This document shows, one piece after another, positions 37,901 to 51,500 of a DNA stretch of 64,000 bases. The notes beneath the pieces are model-generated. The model saw nothing but the letters and a program-made list of their open reading frames with translations, was not told the origin of the DNA and ran no database searches. Source of the stretch: Balanoglossus misakiensis (lineage: Eukaryota > Animalia > Hemichordata); the NCBI GenBank assembly GCA_040954595.2, contig CM082580.2, forward strand, positions 5,198,783 to 5,262,782. Reading direction: 5' to 3'. The translations under genes were made by a program, and so were the position numbers. Position 1 is the stretch's first letter. Each line of letters begins with the position of its first letter.

Positions 37901-40900
37901 TACGGCAGTCTTCCAATGCAGAATAAACTAAAGGCTGGCAAAGGCGATTCCAGACTCCAGACATAAGCCAAGTGATCTGCCAGTAATGTAAGTTTACCGT
38001 AATACACACACTGTATTGATGAAATGAATTATGATTTTAAAAGTACAAAATGCCAGGTGGCAGCAGTCAAGCACACCAATCAACAGAGAGGGAGATACAT
38101 TAAATGCAAATTGCACAAACCTGGGTTCAGTTCCGCTGTGCGCTGCGGATTGTCGAGCAACCAATCGGACATGGACTGGTGCTTGAACGCGATGCTGCGA
38201 AAGTGGCGGCCACCGTTGACGTTCCACGTGCCGATGGCGACTCGAATTCTGCTGGTAAATGTAAATTCATCCTGTCTGCTCACCATGGTTCGTAGGATGC
38301 CCGGAGAGGCTGTGTGAGAGAAGAGGGGAGTCTGAAGTCAATACTGAAAGTGATATGAATTGTGAATGCATGAATGCTAATGCATTTGTGCATATGAGTA
38401 CCGATATGTGTGCAAAAAGTGGGTAAAATGAGAGAAGTATGAGTGTACACTGTGCATATGTTTGACCTAAAAGATTTAATCGAATTGTCAAAATTGATTT
38501 ACAAATTACAGGTTGAGTCAAACAAAAAAAATCACACTATGCAAAAATCTGATGTTTTAATTACATTAATATGCATTGTTTGCACCAGGAAGGTAGGAAG
38601 TACAAATTGCTTATACTAGTAAAATAAAATTGGCATGTAATATGAACAAAGTAATATCATGGTATATTGCAGTATTGTTGGAACAGACAATGACTGCAAT
38701 CTAGATCTACAGGGGTCAAAGATTAGATGAAATACAACTATTACAAAAAGCAGATGGATCATGAACTGGAAGTTGGAGAAATACTGGTAAATAGGTACTC
38801 CACATAAATGTTAGGTAGGAAGGACACAAGACTAGAAAATATATTAGAGTAGGTCAAAGGTGTGGTCAGGGATTGGGTCAAATTGTATCTGGGAAAAGTC
38901 TACTGGAAATAAATCTAGTATGGAAATTTGGAAATTTATCATTTCATGCCAATGGGTACACATTCTCACCTATCTCCTCTGAAATTGTTTTTGGAAAAAG
39001 AAAGCAAGACACCAAAATGTCTATCAGAATTCACTGACATTTGAAAGACCGACATAGACTTATGTGTAACACACACAAATTACATGATTTTCATACAGCT
39101 GTATAACACTGATCATGCCACAACAACACCAACAACAACAACACAATGACACTGAAGAATCCTGTATCTGTGTGTATGTGTACGGTATGTACATGTATAT
39201 GTATGTAAACTATGTGTATATGCATGTATGTACATATGTATGTAATATGTACGGAACATGTATGTGTGTGTGTGTTTGTGTACGTACCGGTACATGTACA
39301 TGTACATACATTTGTATGTATATTTATGCATGTAAAGTATTTTAGTGTGATTGTGTGTATTTCATCACTGTTAACAACAGTATTCACATTTACTTTGAGT
39401 ATTACTTTCAGATCAGACGACAATACAAAAGACAGACAGACGGACATATATGAAGTAAAATACACCAGAACAATACTTATGGTTATTTCAGATGAAAGTT
39501 TTGAATCTCACCATGTAATTGATTCTTGGCCAGTAAAGCCCTGGCCTTGTCAGCAAGTTCACCATTCAGTGTATTACCGAGCACCAATACATCAATGGCT
39601 TCCTGTTTGCTGCCATCAAAGAAGTTATTCTGAATTGTACGACTGACAGAACGAGCACCATCACGTAATTTACCCGCCTATGGGGAAGAGAAAACAGAAT
39701 CCTGATAAACAAATGGAAAATATTGCAAAATTTGAAGTCTATCTGTCAAAAATGTGAAAATCTTAGCTCAACCCACTAATAATCACTATATCTACAATAT
39801 TAATTAATAGACTGTTGTATGCATGTATCTCCACAGAACTAAGAAGTCACCATGGGCCTGTTCATTCAAGAATAGACCAATTTTGCAGAATATGACTAAG
39901 GTATTCCAACCTTGATTTTCTACAATTCTCACCTATAGCACCTCAATTTGTATACTCAGTTTTTTACATAAATATTCCTGTGAGGGCACTTTTTTTTTAT
40001 ACATGTATAAAATAACCACTACATGTACTTTGAACTGTACACACATACAAACATTGATGACCCCCCCCCCCCTCCCCTCTCCGTACTCACTGTAGTTTTG
40101 CCTTCCAGAGCACCGGTACCAGCATAGATCCTACTGACATGGTCACCGTTCATGGCCCACATGTTCTTGTACAGTTCTTCAAATCTCGCCCTGACTGAGG
40201 ATTTCTCAAGACTCAGACAGTCCAACAGTTTGGGCAGCATCTGAAATAATGGATTTTTTATTAGCTTAGATTTCTTGTGCGTGCGTTCAGTGAGTCAATC
40301 TTTGCTGTGCGTGAATGCTTTTACAGTCGCGAGAGTAATGTAACCGTTTTACATCATCAATGAAAAGTTCAGTGGTTGTATATGTAAACTGCTTGTTGTA
40401 AACAAACATTTTTTTAGGAATCAATATCTGCCAGAATAAAATCTCTACATTACCGAGAGTCCTAGAAATGCCTGCACAGCATTGGTTCTGTCCAGGCAAT
40501 CCAGACAATTCGTTCTCACTGTTCCACTCTGCAGCCTGCCAAATTAATTAACAGAAGTATTCATTTTTGCTTTCATGTTAATCTATAGTGCAGATACCTG
40601 TACAGAGAGTGTGTACTTGCGATGATCTCTATATTTTGTAATTCTTTGAAAGGCAAACATAATTTTATAAATATGTTGTTATTGTTTATAAACAGAGTTT
40701 TTTTCATGTACTAGTAGTATCACATTGAAAATGGCCATAAAGTTCTCCGATTGAGATGCGAGTTTCTCCTATATCTAAGTATTAGTGGGAATAATTGAAA
40801 CAAAAAGAGAATTTTTTTAAAACTACGGGTACAAACACAGATCATATGACACTTACTTCTTCACATTTTCACCCTCGGCGTAGAAATACTCATATCTCTT

Positions 40901-43900
40901 CACGTGAGGGTCGAGCTTCCTCATCAGATTTCTCGTCAAGTTGTCGCTTTTCCCTTTACATTGTTGGTGATAATCAAACGCTATGTGCGGCACACTGTGC
41001 TTGAATGCAGAGGCCTTGTGGTGATTCTGAAATACAAATACCAAAACCAGGTTCAGAAACATGTGGGGAGACAATTTGTATAAGTTCAACACGTGATAAA
41101 ACAGCAAGCCTGTATGATCTTGTCTTGTATTGACAATATCATGACTGTTGCATACTTGAACATGCTCTACAAAATAGATTAAGTAGACTATACCTTTAAA
41201 GAAAAATTCTGATAAATTCAACAAAACTCACTTCTGCTCATTTCGGATGTCTCACCTGAAAGGCTTTGCTAAGCATATGTTCCCCTTCTTTATTGCCAAG
41301 TAAATTCACGATGGCCTGATCACCATATTGCACTTTTATTGTACTCAGATGTCTGCAAAAGAAAAAGTTACAGGAAAATTGTAAAATTCAGATAAATTCT
41401 CAAAGATTTATTCAATTAAGAGCATATATGCAAATACAGTCTGTGATATTTTGGTACACTGTAGGATTATTTCTGTAGCTAGCACGGTAACAAAGTAGCT
41501 GCAATAATTGTAGCCTGAGTGTTACAATTATTGCAGCTAGGTAACAATGCTGCCTACCAATTTCATTGTCATTGACAACTGATTTGAGTCATTTAAATGC
41601 TCAAATGTGCAATAATACTAGATATTTAGAGTTTAGATATTTAGAACCTCAGCAGCGGTGAAAACTAGTAACAGGTCAAAGGTCAGAAAGGGTTCAAGTG
41701 AAGGACACTGTACCTTTCAAAGGCAGGAGCTGATGCCTCGTAACCTCTGGACATCTTGACCTTGTGTGACCCCACTTGGATTCCAGGTTGTTCCCAGAAC
41801 AGTGGGACTGAGCCTCTTGTCTGAATGTACGATGCCACTTTGTCATCTAAAAATATCACCTACGAATGTCAAATGTGATAGCAATGTATGAAAAAATTCT
41901 ACAGTGGGGGAATATTACATTCATTCTCTTTCAATTGAAATGGACAAGGTCGCTCACTTTTAATATAATTTTGCTTATAATATATTAATTTCTTTCTACA
42001 GATTATTTATGCTGTTCTGCTTACTGGAAAGTGTTAAAAATTGCCAAAGGGCTATCACATTATATCTTTTCTCACTGCCACAATGGTAACAGGAAGTGAC
42101 AAACTAAAATTGTAACTGTTGTGCCACCTAAACAGAAAATTTTTTTCTCCTAATTTATGTTGGAAAACTTCCTGATAATAATACAAATCTACAAAAAAAG
42201 GACCTTGCAAACAAAAAGTCAATATGCTGTTTTTAAGTTCCTCTTTGCAGAACACACTGTGGGACACATTTCTGTTGGACTAAATGTTTCAATAATATGA
42301 ACATACAACTCACACACATCAAGTTTTACCGGTTTGTAAACAAAGTTAAAACTTTAAATTTCCATCAAAGAATTTGCTATTCACTCACCTGTTCAGTCTC
42401 ACAGAAATTAGCGACATGTCCATCGTCGTTGGTTCCCCTGACATTAAAACGCGTGCCCGCCCTCTCGCAGCTGAGCCGCGACACCAAGCAGGCTTTGCAT
42501 TGCTTATTGCCAGTATAAATAGTCCTGATTTCGACTCCCCCACACATGGTTTTCAACAGCCACTCGGAGCAGTTGACGTTGAACCTCTGAAGGTGCAGAT
42601 GTAGAGTTCGGTTCCTGTGTGTAGAGAAATAAATCGCCATGTCATTGAAATGGTTTCATCAAGTGACTATCTGATATTAAAACACCAGTCTTCTTTTTCT
42701 AGACTGTCAGTTTATGTTATAATAATGTCAGGAATTTGGGAGCCAGCACCAACCCATACCATTAGTCTATATGTTATGATCAGGTAGAGTCTGAAAACTC
42801 CTGCCACATGCCCGTGTCACAATTTTCACAAAGCCTGTCTTTCACTCCAGAAAAAGTTACATTAACCTTGTCCTACACATCTGCACAGTATAAATAGTAG
42901 TAGTCTTGACAAATTATTGACAATTGCATAGTGGGCGCTGAATGCATCGTTTTCCAGTTGTCATTTTTTTTTTAATTTCCTTCTCAGCTAAACAACACAG
43001 CTGCATGTGGATGGGTGTAAAGTTTAATTTTACCACTTTCGAGGACAGTACTGTACGAATATTGCAGAGGTGGGATACATGTATCAAAATTGAGCAATTC
43101 TGGTGGTCACTGTAGTTTCGTATGGTGTAACAATCACGGAGTTATGACAACTCACCAAAAGAATCTGTTATCTGTACTGTGATCCTGAATTCTTCGCTGC
43201 GCACACAGGCTGAGATCAAACTCGGCATCTGGGTTCGGTGACCAGGAAAAGTAGAACGTGCCCGAGTTGATGAGTTTGCGCACTTCCGAAATCCTCTCCT
43301 CGTCCAGGGGATCTCCCCGCAGGGATATGAGGGTGCTTGCCGTGATCCGGAAAACCTCGCATTCTCCTATTTTGCCGACAGAGGCACAACCAGTGACCAT
43401 CACTAAGTACAGAATGATCTGGTCCCCTGGAGGAAGACAAAGGGATAAATTATGTCAATACTGCTCTTTACAAAAATGATATCTTGATCATCATGATCAT
43501 CATTGTCGTCATCGTCATCGTCATCATCGTCATCATCATCATCATCATGTAAACATTATGGCTATTGGTCTTGTATAGAATCTATCAACTATTGTCTTAC
43601 CTATGTTTAAATTAAGTACTCCGAGACATCCATACGCATCCACATTTTTTGAATATGTCTTCTTGATGGCCTCGGTTTCTGCTGGTGCTGCAAATTATAA
43701 GAGAGAGAAGTAGAAAAGAATGTTTGATTGATAAAGAATTGCTCACTTGTTATTAGTGATGGATCTGTAAGAACTTTTAAATGTGATTATTGACTTGCTA
43801 TCTAAATGTCAACAGTATTCAAATAGGTCATTATAAATGCACAATTTTTTTATTCTATTTTATTTAAAAGTTCCTTTTTTCTTTAATCATGGTCGTTCAG

Positions 43901-44635
43901 GCACTTTGTTTGACATTTGTCTATGTCAGGTGGTATAACCATACCTGTAAAACTTTTGTCTATGTTGATTATGACACTTTTTCTACTTTTGTCACACATT
44001 TGACAATTAAAAAACATAATTTAATTAATTTATGAATATACTATTGGACAGTGAGTGACAGTACCCAACTTTCCCCCTATTCCAGGAATATGGGTCAGAT
44101 TACACTATTGACAATGATTGTGACGAGTGAACTAATTGCCTGGCAGTGAAAATTTAACAAAATCGGCGTCTCGCTGTCTGGGTAGCTACTGCGTTCAATC
44201 GTAGACAGTCTTCAATGTCATATTTCGTGCGGGGGTGGGTCAACCACTTTTTCGTCGATACCACATCAATGCGGTTCTCCGGAAATAGAAACGTGTGGCT
44301 TGTTGTGGTGTAAAGACGGCCACTAAAAATGTTTACATGCGCGATGACCTGCGATAACCTACTTTCTTATATACGTCAACAAAGTGTAAATTGTAAACAT
44401 CTAATTTATCCCAGTGTCACAGTGAGATCGCCAACACTCAGGGGAACTTCCAGAAGCCGGCGAAAAATGGAGAGTGAAGAAGTACGGGTTAAATGTGCAG
44501 TTTTTACTTACAAAGGACTGCCACGGCATTTGATTCGAACATCAAAGTTTCTTCCTTGTTTCTGGACTCCAAGAGTACGGAATATGGAGGAGGTTCCAGC
44601 TTGTGATAAACACGAAAACTCTTGCTGAGTGCCAT
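31913..44635 (-). CDS. SYNJ1: Synaptojanin (Sac1 phosphatase + inositol polyphosphate 5-phosphatase + proline-rich tail), ~22 exons
   Basis: Start [23 protein letters not shown] (44635-44512); [25 protein letters not shown]; Sac1 catalytic [12 protein letters not shown] (~40530-40455); [45 protein letters not shown] 5-phosphatase motifs; Pro-rich final exons; stop at 31913. Confidence 0.97.
38970..38978 (-). CDS. Candidate 9-nt frame-preserving microexon of synaptojanin (adds EEI)
   Basis: Minus strand: ...tcttgctttctttttccaaaaacaatttcag|AGGAGATAG|gtgaga; phase 1-1 like the host intron. Confidence 0.6.
   Translation of the reverse strand, partial: RR
39110..39335. repeat. Low-complexity (CAA)n and TATG/TGTA-rich degenerate microsatellite in a synaptojanin intron
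   Basis: Directly visible; explains the spurious MYMYM/HTHTH ORFs. Confidence 0.9.
41486..41549. mobile_element. 44-bp palindromic mini-element (17-bp perfect inverted repeats) flanked by a 10-bp near-perfect direct repeat
   Basis: ggtaacaaag | tagctgcaataattgta gcctgagtgt tacaattattgcagcta | ggtaacaatg. Confidence 0.65.
43486..43547. repeat. (TCA/TCG)n trinucleotide microsatellite, intronic
   Basis: Directly visible. Confidence 0.9.
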
Positions 44636-45570
44636 CTTGCGGTTTTCCTCTTTCACTTCGGAGGAAACACCTACTAAAGACTCCCTAGCAATATGTAAGA
44701 TTTATTAATTTTGTTAAAATAATCTTAGTCTTAAAAGTTAATGCAAAATTTGTTATTGTGCTGTAAAATACGGGGTCTCTAGTTGTTTTGTTTTTCAAAT
44801 TGATAATATTTTCAACGGCTAATTAGATTAAATGAATTTTCGGAGCCATACACAAAACTGGGAAACACTTAGGAGGTTTGTTCTTATTTCTCTCCCTGTC
44901 GTTGGTGGCAGTGTTCTGGGTTGTAATGAGGAAAAACTATGTCCACCTTCCGCTTTTATTACGATTACAGAACCTTGACATGTCATTCCCGTACGTCAAG
45001 TAGCAAGGCGTAATAGAGATTACTTCCATAGCTGCTTGCATCTGATTCCTCGGAAACTAAAAACATTCCGAATACAAGTTTTTTTGTATTTTACGGTGCC
45101 TTGGAGCACTAGAAAAAGGGCTTCAGTGGCAAGGCCATCATAGTAACTATGGCCATATAAGGAAGTTGCTTTGGTGATTTGCTCAAATGGTCCAATCAGA
45201 GACGTCGGCTGTAACCACATGATAAAAATTGTCCAATCAAGAAAAGGAATTTTAAATCTGGCAGTTCTTTGTTTCCCTCGCTCAGTGATCGTTTCTTTAC
45301 GACAGTTCAAATCTGTTGTAGGGGACAGTGTACTTGTTTCTATCTGAATTGCAGCAAAACATTGCAGAATCCAGCTGCATGCCACCTTATTCCGAGCGCA
45401 TCGTATTTTTGCTACAAGACCGCGTGCTCTGTTGCGCACAAGTTTGTGGATTTTCTAGGACTAGATGAACCACGGCGCTGCAGCATTTTAACATTTGTAC
45501 CAGGGGTTACTACGACCCTTTACTACTACACCAGTTGTTAAAATTCCACTACTACGTGTGCTTTCACAAA
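44636..45570. promoter_or_regulatory. Divergent promoter region shared by synaptojanin and FoxN1/4
   Basis: Start codons 935 bp apart on opposite strands; CCAATCA at 45192 and 45233, GACGTC at 45201, TTTAAA at 45251. Confidence 0.65.
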
Positions 45571-48500
45571 ATGGATTACTACGAGGGACAAACCGAACTG
45601 TCTGTAGAAGACATCTTCGAGCACAATGTTCGCAGAGAGATGGATAGAATACTGAGTTCGACGTCTGATCAATTTGGAACCCCCACAACTGAGAGCATGA
45701 CCACGTTTACGATACAAGGCGGATCGCACACCGCTCCTGAGCAACCCTTGCCGAGCGATCTGGCCAATTTGAACTGGCTGCAAGGTGTCGATATGACGGA
45801 CTTTTCGCACATCAGCGCAGAGGCCTTCCAGAACCACAACTTGATCGTGGATCCGCAGACGGCGGTGAATTTGCCGCTCAATGGACTGAGAGATGCGCAG
45901 CACATTTCTAGCCAAGTTCAACAGGTGCCGATGGAGGTTCCGTCGAGCGATGCCCTGTCAACGTACGAGGCGACGGCGATAGCGCAGACCATGCCAACGG
46001 CCCAGTTGCAGCAAACACTGCGAATACAGTACCCTACAACACCAGTGCAACCCCAAAATTTGCAACAGCCCATGTACAGCAATGTCCCGACAACTTTAGC
46101 AAACCCCACGATTGTTGCAACGACCGCCACGACAACCCCTACCCACCACACGGAAAACCCCGGCGGGACTCATCACCAACCCAAACTCGAGAAGAAAAAT
46201 ACCGAAAATACTCCCGAAACGAAAGTCTACCCTAAACCCGCGTATTCTTACAGTTGTTTAATAGCGATGGCTTTGAAAAACAGTAAAACTGGATGTCTAC
46301 CTGTTAGCGAAATTTATCAATTCATGTGGTAAGTGTTCATTTCAGTTGTCAATTTAAATCGGGATTTCCCTTTTGTCAAATCATCAGAAATCGATTCGGT
46401 CGGTAAAGGAATTCCATACCACATTGGTATTTAAAAAAAATCGCTACAATTTTAACGAAATTTTCCTCCACTAAATTCTTTACTGGAGATTATCCAACGT
46501 AAATTTTGTGACTTTTTATCCGGCTTGGATTTCAAGGAAACAAATTCTTTAATAGGAGACAACAAAAATTTATGCAAATTTCTGAAGTTGTTTTTCTCGT
46601 GGAGGGTCATTTTGCTACAAGTTTTTACATGCAAATTTTTTTTTTCTTCCAAAGTTCATTCGGTCATCAAGTGACTGAATGTTGAACCGCCTCCAAGTTT
46701 CCAGCCCACTATTGGGTTTTTAACGGTATACTTTGAACGCAAGCTTTTTGTTTCTTAGCCACTGCGTGCAGATTGCCGGGTGTCATTTTTTGTAGATTTT
46801 ATTGTATCTTTTCATGCCAACGATTTTTTTAGCGTGAAAGTAAAAATATTGTATGGGTGTGGCCAGGTGCCAATTTCGTGATTCAGTGGTATGTCATGAC
46901 ATTGGGGGCGCACTCTCAACGGAAAATAGTTGCAGTTGCACAACTCGCAAATCCAAAAATATTTTATCTGAATAATGATATATGTCTTTCTCTTTTCAGT
47001 TCAAACTTCCCGTATTTCAAGACAGCACCTGATGGATGGAAGGTAAAATAAATTTATTACATATCAATATAAATGCAATTTATATTATAAACCATATCTT
47101 CATTGGAGTGGCAATTTCGTTTATTAAACTCTAAGCTAATATTTTTTATCAGTCTTTGACAGTAGGTCTTTTGTACTTGACCATGATTAATGAAATTGAC
47201 ATGAAGGGCAGGCTTTACTAGTATGGAGTGATAATTGAGGGACCTTCACATTTTCATCAAATTCCAATTTCAGATGTGTTAACACTATGAACAATGAAAA
47301 TTTGCAAGTTTTATTGTGAAACAATAGAATGAAAAGTTCAATTTAAAATTCAGTGTCACTCTACGTGTGAATTTGGTTGAATGTGGCATGTTTCTTCCAT
47401 CAGGATCATAGTTTAATTGTCATTGACTGCAGTTTATATTTGCTTTCTTCGGTGAATTTCTGTAGGTCTAACTACTGCAGTACTGGCAAATTTTTAAGAG
47501 ATAAGTCAATGGCTAATTTATTGATGCATGTATTTTGTCCCTTAAATTTTTAAAAAAACTTCAAAAGAAAAAAATGATAAGGTGGATTAAACATTAACAC
47601 ATTTATATACAGGTGCCTGGTGATTATAGATCGGGTGCCAGATTTTAAATGAATGAACTGTCCCCAGTCTTATCTTTTCTCCAAGTGGAAATGAGAAACT
47701 TTTTGATGAGAAAGAACATCCAAATGTGTGTGTAGTGGACTTCTAAAATAAAATCAAAATCTGCTGTTTTTCAGCAAAAAAGAGAATAATATTTTGTCAA
47801 TTTTCCGCCTTATTGGATATTTTTCATTTATTTCCTTAAGGCTTTATCGACAACCTTGTTAAATTGTCATGACACTGAGAGGTTTGAATTCTCCATACTA
47901 TAACTATTGCGTAAAGCAAATTTATTTCATGTAGCCAACATATGACTGAAAGCGTTGCGAGAAATAAAAGTTCAAATTTCATAATCCATTTATTCTAATA
48001 GGAATGAAGTATATTTATCTTTCTCTTTTTAAAATTTGAATTCAAATGTAATTGTTCAAACATGATGATGTGTTAATGGTATGCCATGTTGTCCTAATGG
48101 GTCCAAGTGTTCACTGACTTCTGAAGTTAACAATAGAACATCCAGGGTCCCCCTGCATTTCAATTGACAATGACAGACTGCTGTGTCAACACTATCAGGT
48201 TTCCCTCCAAAAAAATAAAGGCTCATCTTGACGTTTCAACAAATGTCAAAAAAATTGGTTACAAAGAGCCTGTCAGTGCGACCCAAATACTGTGCTGATC
48301 TGTGTTACAACTATTTTGAAAATGAAATTCATTCCTGACTCATTGGTAGATTATGAAACTCCAGTTGTTTACTCTGTGTTGGCGTGGTTCTAACAGATGG
48401 TGATTTAAAACAGGAGTGAATCATACTACCTTTTGCTTGTAAATTGCATTGTACTGGTGTTTCCTAAAATAACTAACAGTAACACCCAAACATTACCAGA

Positions 48501-51500
48501 TCAATATTACTGTTGTCTGTTGCTCATCATTGGTTTTCATGGAGCTTTAAATTTGTGACTTTATATGAAAGTATTTGTTTTATTTCCAAGTAAAGTTTAT
48601 GCTCTAATTCCGACATTCAAATGATACATCATGCTACATGTATATGTTTACCCAATTTCTCTGATCATGAATTTGGTATTTATCATTTAGCCTGCTTTGT
48701 TCTGAAGTAATTTTAGGAAGATGTTGACTTTCTTTTCAAAATGAAAAGTTGAACTTCTGTGAAATGATCCGCAAGTGTTTCAAAATGATTGCATCTGTCG
48801 GGTTTTATTTATATCGGCATTGATCGATTGATGCATGAGGCAAACCACCACTTTGTGAAATTGTTTCAATTAATTTAATTGGATGAGATCCCCTTTGAGC
48901 AAAAAGTCCCACTCTATTATTCAAGCAGTGTGTGGGTTTTTGAGAGGTGATTCATAGTTATGACTCCAGCGTTTATTGTCTACGCCCAACGTAAATGTTG
49001 AGATGCCAGTGTATCTGACCCCAATTATCGCTTCATAAACATCTACTGTTGCGCACAACTTCTGTAAGATATATGTTTATCGCCAGGCTACTGAGTTGGC
49101 GATTGTATTCCAAATTGGCGGTTGTTTTGAAAATAAAGTGGCCCCCCGTTTGTATAGTACTTGAAAATTTAGAGATGTTTGTTTTCAGAAGGCTTTGCCT
49201 AATCTTCCCAAATCAATAAGCTGTGAGTTGATTAGTAGTTTGCAAGGGCGTGGATGAAGCCAGGCGGAAAGGAGGGGAAAATATACAGTTATTATCATCT
49301 TTTGTTTTCAAAAAAATTGAAAATATTCATTCTATTTTTTTTGCCAGAATTCTGTGAGGCACAATCTGTCCCTGAACAAGTGCTTTGAGAAAATCGAGAA
49401 GCCCTCTGGTGGCGGTAGCACGAGGAAGGGGTGCCTGTGGGCCCTGAATCCCAACAAGGCGGCCAAGATGGATGAGGAGATCCAGAAATGGAGGAAGAAG
49501 GACCCTATAGCCATCCGCAGAAGCTCAGCCAAGCCAGGTGTGTGGTCATTCCTTTTTTTTCAGTTTAATTCACTTTATTGGTTGTACACTTAGTGTCAAC
49601 GTGTGTTGTCTGTAGACACTGTCCCAGTATAAGAAGTGCGCTTAGATTCATCAAATAAGATGCTAAGTTTTAAATAAAATGTATTTGAACTTCAATGTGA
49701 TTGATGACTCTCTTGTCACATTTTTAATAGTAGCCGATAAGAGCTGACAGTTGGCAAGAACAAGTTGATTTTTTGACTGGCTACTTTTCAAAACGCTAGG
49801 CTAGTATCACTACTAAACGGGTTCCCACAGCAAGTGTGCAGACTAAGTTGTTTCCCTCCCTTGTTCTCCAACTTTATCTAAAGTGTATCATTCAAATCTG
49901 TACCCCACAAACTGTTAAGATACTCACAATAGTCTGTGACATGTAAACCTAATTGTCCATTTTCATTGATACTTTTTCACTTGAACCACACAGTCCCCCA
50001 TGACCGTGATCTGAATGACATTAATTTAGGTTATTCTTCCGATTGACTAGTGCTGCATTGTATAATCATGGTGTAATCATTTATTAACACGTGTCTCAAG
50101 TGTGCAATATGCAATCATTCATTCAGTTGCGACGGTTAGTACAATGCAGTGGGCTGATGATTCAAATGTCGCCAACACCCATTGATAGTAGTGTACTGGT
50201 AATTTCCATTCATCGTGCAGTCAATGGCTCATTCATTGTAATCCCGACCTTTGACCTTTGAACGCCACTTCATTAAGCCCATTCAGTTGCGGTTTCATTC
50301 ATTGTCTATGATCGCAAGAGGGGGCGATTTCTGCGCTGCAAACTTGCGATGTCAGAACCGCCTGTATATGTACTTATAAGTGGATTTTTTTCCTCCCTCC
50401 ATGCAGACGAACTTGATCAACTTGAGAGAGGCAGGCCACCATCCCCCGTCCCGGAACCGCCGCAGCCCCAGATCCCGAACGTCACACACAAGCCGATGGA
50501 CGACCACCACACCGCCAAGGCCGTTAGCGACGTCCTCTTCAACGGCGAGGCCCAGCTCTTAGACATGAACCTGGATCCTCATCTGACGGATATTTCACTG
50601 CAGGTACAGTCCCGTTTCATGATTTCCCACGCTACGTGTACTATCCGTGTAGTTGTGAAACTAATCCTGTGTTGTCCAGTTAGGTGGTTTATTTCTAAGT
50701 ATAAGTAGTCTATGATTTGGAAGGATCAAATAAAATGTATTCCTTCAGTGGCACATGTTGTGAACAGAACAAGAAGTACAACAAGCCATCCCTGTTCAAC
50801 TCTGGGAGAGGACATGTAAATGAGCTCCCCAAATGAACAGATATTCATTGATAGATACACGGTTTGGCTGTTTGGTTTATAAGACAGGAAGTGAACTTTC
50901 TGCAGCCAAATTTGTGGGCGTGATAACACCAAACCCCAAATAAACTTTAGATGGTTGTGGCAGGCAGTGACTGTGTATCTGCCTGCAGTCTGCGTAAATG
51001 CTTGGAGCAACATAATCCCAAGCATTACCATTGTCTGACCAGTATAGAAGTAAAAAGACACGTCTGATTGGGTGGCTTTGGTGCACACATGTATAAATGT
51101 ATACACACAGGTTGTCACTGAACACGACTTCTATATCAGATCAACTTATACAAATACATAGAGAAGTCGACAAGCTGAAAGTTAAATGCGTCATCTTCTC
51201 TCTTGAGACGTGTATGTTTCTGTTGAATCTATAACTTGGTGTTATTGGCCCAGTAGTGGTAACTGTGTATTTAATTAGCATGATGCCTGTCGTTATCCAT
51301 GTATCTCTCTGCTCTCTGACTAAAATTCCTTTTTGCATGTCGAATGTTGTAAATTCCCTTTGCATGTCAAATATGTCAAGCTTTTGTTTTCTTTTGTTTT
51401 GTGGTCCTAATTGGTGTTTGTTTTTTCTCTTTTTTTCTTTTCTTTTCCATGTGTACAACAGACTGCTGGGCCACCTTCCACATCTTCTTCTTACTTGTCG

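Noticed and set aside
39097-39108. Second possible 12-nt synaptojanin microexon (cag|TGTTATACAGCT|gtatga)
   Set aside because: Frame-preserving, but the acceptor lacks a proper polypyrimidine tract and abuts low-complexity repeats; too weak without reads.
39091-39646. ORFs rich in MY/HT/VC dipeptides
   Set aside because: Translation of TA/TG microsatellite-like intron sequence.
39911-39919. Possible 9-nt microexon (tag|AAAATCAAG|gttgga) in synaptojanin
   Set aside because: Weak donor and poor pyrimidine tract; plausible by chance.
51321-51375. Two-copy ~27-bp tandem repeat in FoxN1/4 intron 4
   Set aside because: Simple local duplication; no array, spacer or CRISPR-like structure.
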